DNA of 64,000 bases from Squalus acanthias (taxonomy: Eukaryota), in contig CM059431.1 in the NCBI GenBank assembly GCA_030390025.1, positions 114,330,001 through 114,394,000 of the forward strand. The letters run 5' to 3'. Positions within the stretch are counted from its first letter, which is position 1. The number at the start of each line of letters is the position of its first letter. The notes under the pieces were generated by a model. The model had not been told where the DNA came from and ran no database searches. It saw only the letters and a program-made list of their open reading frames with translations. A program made the position numbers and the translations under genes. Of this stretch, positions 28,057 through 38,046 are shown piece by piece.

Positions 28057-31000
28057 AAAGTTGAAATGCAGTGGCGGACATTTAAGGAGATATTTCATAA
28101 CTCTCAACAAAAATATATTCCAGTGAGAAAGAAAGATTTTAAGAGAAGGGAGCACCATCCGTGGCTAACTAAGGAAGTAAAGGATGGTATCAAAATGAAA
28201 ACGAAGGCATACAATGTTGTCAAGATTGGTGGGAGACCAGAGGATTGGGAAATGTTTAAAAGCCAGCAAAGGATGACTAAAAAAATAATAAAGAGAGAGA
28301 TGAATTATGAGAGTAAGCTGGCAAGAAACATTAAAACAGATAGTAAGAGCTTCTACAGGTATATAAAAAGGAAGAGGGCAGCTAAAGTAAACATTGATCC
28401 CTTAGAGGATGAGACTGGGGAAATAATAATGGGAAACAGGGAAATGGCAGGGATTCTGAACAAATATTTTGCATCTGTCTTCACTGTAGAAGACACTAAC
28501 AACATCCCAATAATGGATAATCAAGGGGCCACAGGGAGTGGGGAACTAAAGACAATCACTATCACTAAGGAAATAGTACTTGGGAAAAAAATGGGACTAA
28601 AAGACGACAAGTCCCCTGGACCAGATGGCTTGCATCTCAGGGTCTTAAAAGAAGTGGCTACAGAGATAGTGGATGCATAGGTTGCAATGTACCAAAATTC
28701 CCTGGACTCTGGAGAGGTCCCAGCGGATTGGAAAACCGTTAATGTAACACCCCTATTTAAGAAAGGAGGGAGACAGAAAGCAGGAAACTATAGACCAGTT
28801 AGCCTAACATTTGTCGTTGGGAAAGTGCTGGAGTCCTTCATTAAGGAAGCAGTAGCAGGGCATTTAGAAAAACATACTGCAGTCAAACAGAGTCAGCATG
28901 GTTTTAGGAAAGGGAAATCATGTTTGACAAATTTGCTGGAGTTCTTTGAGGATGTAACAAGCAGGGTGGACAAGGGTGAGCCAGTGGATGTGGTGTATTT
29001 GGATTTCCAGAAGGCATTCGATAAGGTGCCACATAAAAGGTTACTGCATAAGATAAGAGCTCACGGAGTTGGGGGTAATATATTAGCATGGATGGAGAAT
29101 TGGCTAACTAACAAAAAGCAGAGAGTCGGGATAAATGGGTAATTTTCTGGTTGGCAAACGGTAACTAGTGGGGTGCCACAAGGATCGGTGCTGGGGCCCC
29201 AACTATTTACAATCTACATTAATGACATGGATGAAGGGATCGAGTGTAATGTAGCCAAGTTTGCGGATGATACAAAGATGGGTGGGAAAGCAAGTTGTGG
29301 GAAAATGCGAGGTTATCCACTTTGGCAGGAAAAATAAAAATGCAAACTATTATTTAAATGGAGAGAGATTACAAAATGCTACAGTTCAGAGGGACCTGGG
29401 GGTCCTTGTGCATGAAACACAAAAAGTTAGCATGCAGGTACAGCAAGTAATCAAAAAGGCAAATGCAATGTTTGCCTTTATTTCAAGGGGGTTGGAGTAT
29501 AAAAGCAGGGAAGTCCTGCGACAACTGTACAGGGTATTGGTGAGACCACACCTTGAGTACTGCGTACAGTTTTGGTGTCCTTATTTAAGGAAGGATATAC
29601 TTGCATTGGAGGCAGTTCAGAGACGATTCACTAGGTTAATTCCAGAGATGAGGGGTTTGACTTATGAGGAAAGGTTGAGCAGGCTGGGCCTATACTCATT
29701 GGAATTTAGAAGAATGAGAGGTGATCTTATCGAAACATATAAGATACTGAGGGGGCTGGACAGGGTAGATGCAGAGAGGATGTTTCCCCTCATGGGGAAA
29801 TCCAGAACTCGGGGGCACAGTCTCAGAATAAAGGGTCGCCCTTTTAGAACTGAGATGAGGAGGAATTTCTTCTCTCAGAGGGTCGTAAATTTGTGGAATT
29901 CTCTGCCCCAGAGAGCTGTGGAGGCTGGGTCATTAAATACATTTAAAGTGGAGATAGATAAATTTTTGCAAGATAAGGGAGTGAAGGGTTATGGGGAGCG
30001 GGCTGGGAAGTTGCTTTGAGCCCTAGATAAGCCATGAACTTATTGTATGGTGGAGCAGGCTCGAGGGCCCGAGTGGCCTATTCCTGCTCCTATTTCTTAT
30101 GTTCTTATGTACCTGAGATATACAGGCATTGAGTGCAGGTACCTGCAATGTACAGGCATTGAGTGCAGCTACCTGTTAAGTACAGCCATTGAGTGCATTA
30201 ACGTGAAATGTATACGCATTGAGTGCAGTTAACTTTAATTAACAGGCATTGAGTGCAGGTACCTGTAATATAGAGGCATTGAGTGCAGATAACTGTAATA
30301 TACAGGCATTGTGTGCTGGTACCTGTAATGTACTGGTATTGAGTGCAGGTACGTGTGATACACAGGCATTGAGTGCAGGTAGCTATAATGTACAGGCATT
30401 GACTGCAGGTACCTGTAATGTACAGGCAATGAGTGCAGGAACCTGTAAGTTACAGGCATTGAGTGTGGGTACCTGTAATATACAGGAATTGACTGCAGGT
30501 ACCTGTAATATACAGGCATTGAATGCAGGTACCTGTAATGTATTGGCAATGAGTGCAGGTACCTGTAATATACAGGCATTGAGTGCAGGTACATGTAATA
30601 TACAGGCATTGAGTGCAGGTACCTGTAATGTACAGGCATTGAGTGCAGGTACCTGTTAAGTACAGCCATTGAGTGAATTAACCTGAAATGTACAGGCATT
30701 GAGTGCAGATAACTTTAATATACAGGCATTGAGTGCAAGTACCTGTATTGTACTGGCATTGAGTGCAGACAACGGTAATATACAGGCATTGAGTGCAGGT
30801 ACCTGTAATGTACAGCCATTAAGTGCAGGTACCTGTGATATAAAGGCATTGAGTGCAGGTACATGTAATATACAGGCATTGAGTGCAGGTAACTGTAATA
30901 TACAGGCATTGAGTGCAGGTACCTGTTATCTACAGGCATTGAGTGCACGTACCTGTAATGTACAGGCAATGAGTGCAGTTACCTATAATCCACAGGCATT

Positions 31001-31866
31001 GACTACAGGTACCTGTAATATACAGGCAATGAGTGCAGGAACCTGTAAGTTACAGGCATTGAGTGTGGGTACCTGTAATATACAGGAATTGACTGCAGGT
31101 ACCTGTAATATACAGGCATTGAGTGCAGATACCTGTAATATACAGGCATTGAGTGCAGATAATTGTAATATACAGGCATTGTGTGCTGGTACTTGTAATG
31201 TACAGGCATTGAGTGCAGGTAACGGTAATATATAGGCATTGACTGCAGGTTACTGAAATATACAGCCATTGAATGCAGGTAGCTGTAATGTACAGGCATT
31301 GAGTGCAGGTCACTATAATGTACAGGCATTGAGTGCAGGTCCTGTAATGTACAGGCATTGAGTACAGGTACCTGTAATATACAGGCATTGAGTGCAGGTA
31401 ACTGTAATCTACAGGCATTGAGTGCAGGTACCTATAATAAACAGGCATTGAGTGCAGGAACCTGTAATGCTCCGGCATTGAGTGCGGGTATCTGAAATAT
31501 ACATGCATTGAGTGCAGGTACCTGAGATATACAGGCATTGAGTGCAGGTACCTGTAATGTACAGACATTGAGAGCAGTTACCTGTAATGTACAGGCATTG
31601 AGTGCAGATACCTCTATTGTACAGGCATTGAGTGCAGGTACTTTTAATATAGAGGCATTGAGTGCATGTATCTGTAATGTGCAGGCATTGAGTGCAGGTA
31701 CCTGTACTATACAGGCATTGAGTGCAGGTACCTGTGATATACAGGCATTAGTGCAGGTAACTGTAGTGTAAACTACTGACATTGAATACATTTACCTGTA
31801 GATTACAGAGCAGGCATTTACAAGATGCAGTTGTTGGTAGTGCAATCCCAGAAATTGATCTCTAAA

Positions 31867-31956
31867 ATATATATTCCTACAATACCTATGCTCAATGCTT
31901 GTACCTTTATTGTGCATGTTACAAGCATTGAGCAAAAGTAATACAGGAATATATGT
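31867..31956. other. Ungapped 35-bp-stem, 16-nt-loop inverted repeat made of satellite-like sequence at the array edge
   Basis: 31869-31903 pairs with 31920-31954 at 30/35 Watson-Crick positions, with a perfect 15-bp core TGCTCAATGCTTGTA/TACAAGCATTGAGCA. Confidence 0.85.
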
Positions 31957-32152
31957 ACTGGGGTAATTATCTGAGTCTCGTTACCAGTATTGAGCCTGAT
32001 CCACCAGCAGAGCATACTGGAAATCTGGGTTATGTGCCTGAATATCCATTCTGCACCGCAAGGAGGAGGGGGCGGGTAAGGCACCTCACTAGCAATGCAG
32101 ACTTTTCAAATTACCCCCATTGAGTATGAATGTGCCTAAAGTAATCACCTAC

Positions 32153-32469
32153 AGACCTCAGAGATTTCTGCGTTCCTCCAATTCTGGCCTCTTGTCCACT
32201 CCCCATTTATTTCACCCCACCATTGGCGGCCGTGCCATCAGCTGCCTAGGCCCTAAGCTCTGGAATTCCCTCCCTAAACATCTCCGCTTCTCCACTTCTC
32301 TCTCCTCCATTAAGCCCCTCCTTAAAACCTACCTCTTTGACCAGGCTTTTGGTCGCCTGTCTTTATATCTCCTTATGTGGCTCAGTGTAAAATTCTGTTT
32401 GATACTGCTTTTGTGAAGCACCTTGGGACGCTTTAGCACTTTAAAGGTGCTATATAAATGCAAGTTGTT
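32153..32469 (+). mobile_element. L2-clade LINE 3' fragment; its (TTG)n tail continues at ~33893 beyond an inserted CR1
   Basis: LRSSNSGLL...IGGRA...GPKLWNSLP...LKTYLF translation, then the GGTGCTATATAAATGCAAGTTGTT terminus. Confidence 0.85.
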
Positions 32470-33890
32470 ACATAAGAACGTAAGAAAATAAGAAATAGGA
32501 GCAGGAATAGGCCACTTGGCCCCTCGAGCCTGCTCCGCCATTCAATAAGATCATGGCTGATCTTGGGCTCAAAGCCACTTCACTGCCCGCTCCCCATAAC
32601 CCTTCACTCCCTTATCTTGCAAACATCTGTCTATCTCCACCTTAAATGTATTTAATGACCCAGTCTCCACAGCTCTCTGGGGCAGAGAATTCCACAAATT
32701 TACAACCCTCTGAGAGAAGAAATTCCTCCTCATCTCAGTTCTAAAAGGGCGACCCTTTATTCTAAAACTGTGCCCCCGCGTTCTAGATTTCCCCATGAGG
32801 GGAAACATCCTCTCTGCATCTACCTTGTCGAGCCCCCTCAGTATGTTTCAATAAGATCACCTCTCATTCTTCTAAATTCCAATGAGTATAGGCCCAGCCT
32901 GCACAACCTTTCCTCATAAGTCAACCCCCTCGTCTCTGGAATTAACCTAGTGAATCGTCTCTGAACTGCCTCCAATGCAAGTATATCCTTCCTTAAATAA
33001 GGAGACCAAAACTGTACGCAGTACTCAAGGTGTGGTCTCACCAATACCCTGTACAGTTGTAGCAGGACTTCCCTGCTTTTATACTCCAACCCCCTTGAAA
33101 TAAAGGCCAACATTCCATTTGCCTTTTTGATTACTTGCCATACCTGCATGCTAACTTTTTGTGTTTCATGCACAAAGACCCCCAGGTCCCTCTGAACTGT
33201 AGCATTTTGTAATCTCTCTCCATTTAAATAATAATTTGCTTTTTTATTTTTCCTGCCAAAGTATATAACCTCGCACTTTCCCACATTATACTCCATCTGC
33301 CAAATGTTTGCCCACTCACTTAGCCTGTCTGTATCCCTTTGCAGATTCTTTGAGTCTTCTGCACAACTTGCTTTCCCACTCATCTTTGTATCATCCGCAA
33401 ACTTGGCTGCATTACACTCGGTCCCTTCATCCAAGTCATTAATGTAGATTGTAAATAGTTGAGACCCCAGCACCAATCCCTGTGGCACCCCACTAGTTAC
33501 CATTTGCCAACCGCAAAATGACCCATTTATCCCAACTCACTGCTTTCTGTTAGTTAGCCAATTCTCTATCCATGCTAATATATTACCCCCAACTCTGTGA
33601 GCTCTTATCTTATGCAGTAATCTTTTATGTGGCACATTATCGAATGCCTTCTGGAAATCCAAGTACACCACATCCACTCGTTCACCTTAGTCCACCCTAC
33701 TCGTTACATCCTCAAAGAACTCCAGCAAATTTGTTAAACATGATTTCCCTTTCATAAAACCATGCTGACTCTGCTTGACTGCATTATGATTTTCCAAATG
33801 CCCTGCTACTGCTTCCTTAATGAAGGACTCCAGCATTTTCCCAACGACAGACGTTAGGCTAACTGGTCTATAGTTTCCTGCTTTCTGTCT
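32470..33890 (-). mobile_element. 5'-truncated CR1 LINE, same subfamily as 25396-30108
   Basis: RT ORF fragments 32838..33503 (KFADD) and 32569..32808, with the 3' tail at 32470-32495. Confidence 0.93.
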
Positions 33891-34639
33891 TCTTGTTGTT
33901 GTTGTTGTTATTGTAATGTTTTTCTACCAACAGGTCACAGGCATTTAGTATAGATATATAAGAGCTGCACAACTTATGTAAATATACTGGTATAATATAA
34001 GCTTTCAATATATGTATAAAGAAGTCAAATTTGTGAGGATACATATACGACAGGTGAAATCGCCCACACAGCTAACGCATATTGGAAAATCACAATCAAC
34101 GGGCTTGCAATTTTCCGATATGCGCCTGCTACGTTTCAGCCCCTGTTGGTAGCGGACTGTCTCGCAATCTTTCCTTTGTGCTCTGTACAATAACCCGCAA
34201 ACCTGGGGGAAGAATTGTTCCGATTGCTATGTGTAGTTACGTTGTAGATGCATTAAAAAAAGAATGAGCTGAAAATCTGCAATTCCGCTCCACCACAGGT
34301 CAGAGTCTCGTGCCCTGCCAGTGGCCTGGGAACCTGACTGCACTGGGGAGAAGGGGGGTGATGGTGGAGAGGACATAATGTGGTGCTGGTCACCTGTTGC
34401 CAGTGGAAGCCAGTAACTTCAGCTGCAGCGTTTGTGAAAAGTTAGAAATTGGCCCCCTTTTATTCGAGGACCGATTTTACTAGGGCAGCGTTTTCTCTTC
34501 TGGAGTGTTCCAGGCCATGACGCCATCCTGGAACACTCCAGTGGGCCCCAATTATGCTGCTGCAATGTACTGAATGCCAGTGTCATGCCAACGTCCAGTA
34601 TGTTCAGGGCAGAGGAGGCAGGTGCAGTGGGAATACCAG

Positions 34640-34756
34640 TATCAGAGAACCTTACAGCACGGAAGAAGATCATTTGGCACATCGTGCCCTTGCCGGCTTT
34701 TTGAAAGATATCAAATTAGTCCCACGCCCATGCTCATTCCCCATAGCCCTGCAAGA
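34640..34756 (-). mobile_element. Short CR1-type 3'UTR fragment (second tail type)
   Basis: Its reverse complement resembles 59420-59552 (GGGCTATGG...GTGGGACTAATT...TTTCAAA...GTGCTGTA). Confidence 0.6.
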
Positions 34757-34926
34757 TGATGCTATCATCTACAGCTCAACCAACATCACTAAGTAGAAAC
34801 AGATTGGCTGCCGCATTTCCGACATTACAACAGTGACTACACTTCAAAAGTACTTCTTTCTTGATTTACCCATTCGTTTTATATCCATTCTATTTATCTA
34901 TCAATCTATGATATATGGAAAAAAAA

Positions 34927-35433
34927 ACTTACATTCATATAGCACCTTTCATGATATTCCAAAGCACTTTACAGCCAATTAAGTACTTTTGAAGTGTAGT
35001 CACTGTTGTAATGTGGGAAACGTGGCAGCCAATTTGCACACAGCAAGCTCCCACAAACAGCAACGTGATAATGACCAGATAATCTGTTTTAGTGATGTTG
35101 GTTGAGGGATAAATATTGGCCAGGACATCGGGAGAACTATCCTGCTCTTCTTCGAAATATTGCCATGAAATATTTTATGTCCATCTGAGAGGGCAGGCCG
35201 GGCCGCAGTTTAACATCTCATCTGAAAGACAGTACCTCTGACAGTGCAGCACTCCCTCAGTACTGCACCCCGCAGTTTAACATCTCATCTGAAAGACAGT
35301 ACCTCTGACAGTGCAGCACTCCCTCAGTACTGCACCCCAGCTTAGCTTTTTTGCCCAAGTCTCTGGAGTGGGACTTGGACCCACAACCTTCTGACTCAGA
35401 GGTGAGAGTGCTACCCACTGAACCACGGCTGAC
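34927..35433 (-). mobile_element. tRNA-derived Deu-domain SINE (SacSINE1-like) with an internal 67-bp tandem duplication
   Basis: Minus-strand head GTCAGCCGTGGTTCAGTGGGTAGCAC...GGGTCCAAGTCCC and an L2-like 3' end AAGGTGCTATATGAATGTAAGT. The duplication is 35204-35270 / 35271-35337. Confidence 0.8.
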
Positions 35434-35678
35434 ACATATACTTATTGCAAATCTTACAGATAACGTGCACTTCAAACCTGCATCTGAAACTTACAAATAC
35501 TTTCCAAGCTACAAAGTCTCTTGACCAAACAACAAATAAACTCTCATCCGCCTCACTTAACAATTAGAATTTGTGGCCATGAAACATTTACAAAGCTAAA
35601 GAAACCAAGCAGTCCTCTAACTGATGCAAGCATTGATTTGAAGAATCAAGCGTAATTGTACTTTGAGTCAATCACCAT

Positions 35679-37448
35679 GGCTGGAATTTTCTGGGGTGGT
35701 AGTGGGCGCGATCGGTGGTGGGTTGGGTGGGAAAGTTGTTATTTTTGACATCGGGTCAGGAACCCGCTGTCATCCCGCCCCCACACGCCTTTCCCCCAGG
35801 TGCATCTGTCATCGTGGAGCTGACCCAACCGGCAGCGGCGGGCGACCCAATTGAAATCATTATCGGGCAATTTGCAGGCACTTAAGAGCCTTTCTCCACC
35901 TACATTTTAAATTTCCCTGCAAGGCCATGGGGCTCACGCAGCTCCGGAACCACGTCTGTCAACCTGAGGCGGGAGTTCCATGGCCATTGCTCCAGCTGAT
36001 TACTTGACAGCATCAAATGTACAGTAAAAGCTCCCACCTGACAGATGATCACTTTCCTCGGGCAGAAGCTGTTGCTCAGTCCATTTCCAGCACAGATTCT
36101 GCAGGCTGCAAGTCTTTCCAGCAAAGTCTCCATCCAGTCTCACCTCATTGGAAGAACTCTCTCACCATTGACAGAATGCTTCTGTCATCTGTACTTTACC
36201 TGCCATCTATTCCATCAACATGGGTGCCATTTATACTGTCTCACCTTGGTCCTCAGAATCGGACCACGATGAGCCCCAACATCAGCAGCACCAGACGCAC
36301 CAGCAGCACCAACAACAACACCAAGCTTCTCCACAATCACCTGATGCTGCACAGGACAGAGGGCATCAGCACCCGACCACATTGCTGCCTGGGAGGCCAG
36401 GGATGGCCTCACTATGGCCAGATTTATTTCACTTGACACTGTACACCCTGGCTGCCACATGATGCGCCAGGTTGGCACCACCCCACACCAACACCATAAA
36501 GCATCCCTACAATGCCCAAGCCATTCCTTTCACACTCATCACCATTGTGGGGGTACCATTATGTCTCGCCATTCACTGCAACTCACTAAGCCACTTCCAA
36601 AGGCGCACACAAATCTGTCCAAGACTGGAAAGTGTTGAAAATAAAGATTTTTAAGTTTGACACCACATTAACAGAAACTTTACATAAACATTGGATAAAA
36701 CACCCAAGTGGCTACCCTTGTGTATTGTTAGTTGGTATGATTACAACAGGATGAGGGTGAGTGAGAGGGGTGGCTAGTGAGATGGGGATGTGATAATGTA
36801 GATAGAGAGGGATGGGTGGAGGTGCAAGGTATTTTGGTGTAAGTAAAGATGTACAGGAGTAGGGTAGGGAAGGCAGAGTGATGGGGATGTGGTGAGAGGC
36901 ACAGCAGGATGAGTTTGAGTGTGGCTTTATACTAACGTTTCCTGATCTAATGAGATCATTGAATCGTTTGCGGCACTGTAACCAGGTCCTCCTGACCACA
37001 TCCCATTTTGTGACCTCCTCTGCAATGTGCAACCAGGCTGTGTTGGTCTCGTGGGGAGGTGTCTTCCGCCCATCAGAAGGGAAGAGGATCTCCCTGCATA
37101 AGCATATGGAGGGAGTCATCGGAGAACCTGGGTGCAGCCCTCTGCCTCTGCGCAGTCATTGTCAGTGTTTGCAGCACTCAATGCTGTAGCGCACTGACAG
37201 CACTATGTTAGATTAAACTTCAAATGTAACATGGCCATGGTCCCTTTAAAGATCCCGGCTGAAAACGAGACATGAATGGCGTCACCAGACCCGCTCCATC
37301 TCATTGGGCTGGGTAACCTGATGAGTGGGCTTAATAGGCCCCATTAAGGTAAGTACATTTTCAGCAGCGGGATGGAGCCAGCAGTGGGGTCGCGACCCGC
37401 CATGGACACCGCCCACACCGGACCCACCAGGTAGGCAAAATTCTGGCC
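35679..37448. mobile_element. Internally deleted PIF/Harbinger DNA transposon (~1.77 kb)
   Basis: TIRs GGCTGGAATTTT...AAAATTCTGGCC, GC-rich subtermini, a Myb/SANT-like gene remnant on the minus strand and a possible transposase-end remnant on the plus strand (36220-36440). The flanks CAT/ATA do not form a clean TSD. Confidence 0.8.
36937..37159 (-). pseudogene. Myb/SANT-like DNA-binding protein exon (Harbinger second gene), frameshifted
   Basis: ATG at 37159 reads MTAQRQRAAPRFSDDSLHMLMQG. After a frameshift it reads REILFPSDGRK...AWLHIAEEV...RRTWLQCRKRFNDL, followed by a GTTAGT splice donor at 36936. Confidence 0.8.
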
Positions 37449-37498
37449 ATAGTGTGGGACTGGAGTCACATGTAAACCAGACTAATACGAAAAAAAGA

Positions 37499-37910
37499 AA
37501 GACTTGCCTTTCACAACCTCAGGAACTCCCAAAGCACTTTACAGGAAAGCGTAGTCACTCTTGTAATGTAGGAAATGCAGCAACCAATTTGTGCACAGCA
37601 AGGTCCCAGAAACAGCAACGGATAATCTGTTTTAGTGATGCTGATTTTGGGATAAATATTGGCCGGGACACCAGGAATAACTCCCCTGCTCTTCTTCAAA
37701 ACAGTGTCATGAGATATTTTACATCCACCCGAGAGAGCAGACAGGGCCTCGGTTTAACGTCTCATCCAAAGGATACCACCTCTGACAGTGCAGCACTCCC
37801 TCAGCACTGCACTGGAGTGTCAGCCTAGATTTTTGTGCTCAAGTCTCCGGAGTGGTCTCACAGCTTTCTGACTCAGAGGCAAGTGTGCTACCAACTGAGC
37901 CACAGCTGCC
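37499..37910 (-). mobile_element. Deu-domain SINE (SacSINE1-like)
   Basis: Colinear with 34927-35433. Confidence 0.8.
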
Positions 37911-37934
37911 TAGATGTGGTCATTGTATCTGGTG

Positions 37935-38046
37935 CTAGGCTACAAATGACTGGATTTATTGAATTCAGTTTCACAACTTGTCATGGTGGGGTTTGAACTC
38001 ATGACCTCTGTGTTACCTGTCCTGTACCATAATCACTACGGTACCC
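37935..38046 (-). mobile_element. Decayed tRNA-derived SINE head
   Basis: On the minus strand, box-A-like CGTAGTGATTATGG and box-B-like GAGTTCAAACCCCACC. Confidence 0.5.

Larger units (their letters stand above)
25396..30108 (+). mobile_element. 5'-truncated CR1-clade LINE (endonuclease C-part, RT, 3'UTR), decayed and split by a nested CR1
   Basis: IIMGDF and LDLVLCNE...LGKSDH endonuclease motifs, YRPVSLT, QHGF and LDFQKAFDKV RT motifs, and a (TTCTTATG)n tail. It has in-frame stops and an internal deletion near 29300. Confidence 0.95.
1..31790 (+). repeat. 30-bp tandem satellite array, consensus GCATTGAGTGCAGGTACCTGTAATRTACAG; runs off the left edge of the window and is interrupted by TE insertions
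   Basis: Head-to-tail 30-bp periodicity is visible throughout, in one orientation. Monomers carry scattered substitutions and occasional 1-4 bp indels, including a recurrent 29-bp GGTACTGGAATGTACAG variant. The array decays at about 31750-31810. Confidence 0.98.

Noticed and set aside
1..31790. Over 100 ORFs with 10-aa repeats (CNVQALSAGT, MPVHYRYLHS, CTQCLYITGT, LQVPALNACT)
   Set aside because: The 30-bp consensus is stop-free in one plus frame and all three minus frames. Real copies are broken by frequent stops and non-triplet indels, and no unique N- or C-terminus is evident.
1..31790. CRISPR-like array of ~30-bp repeats
   Set aside because: Monomers are contiguous with no unique spacers, there are no cas genes, and the context is vertebrate.
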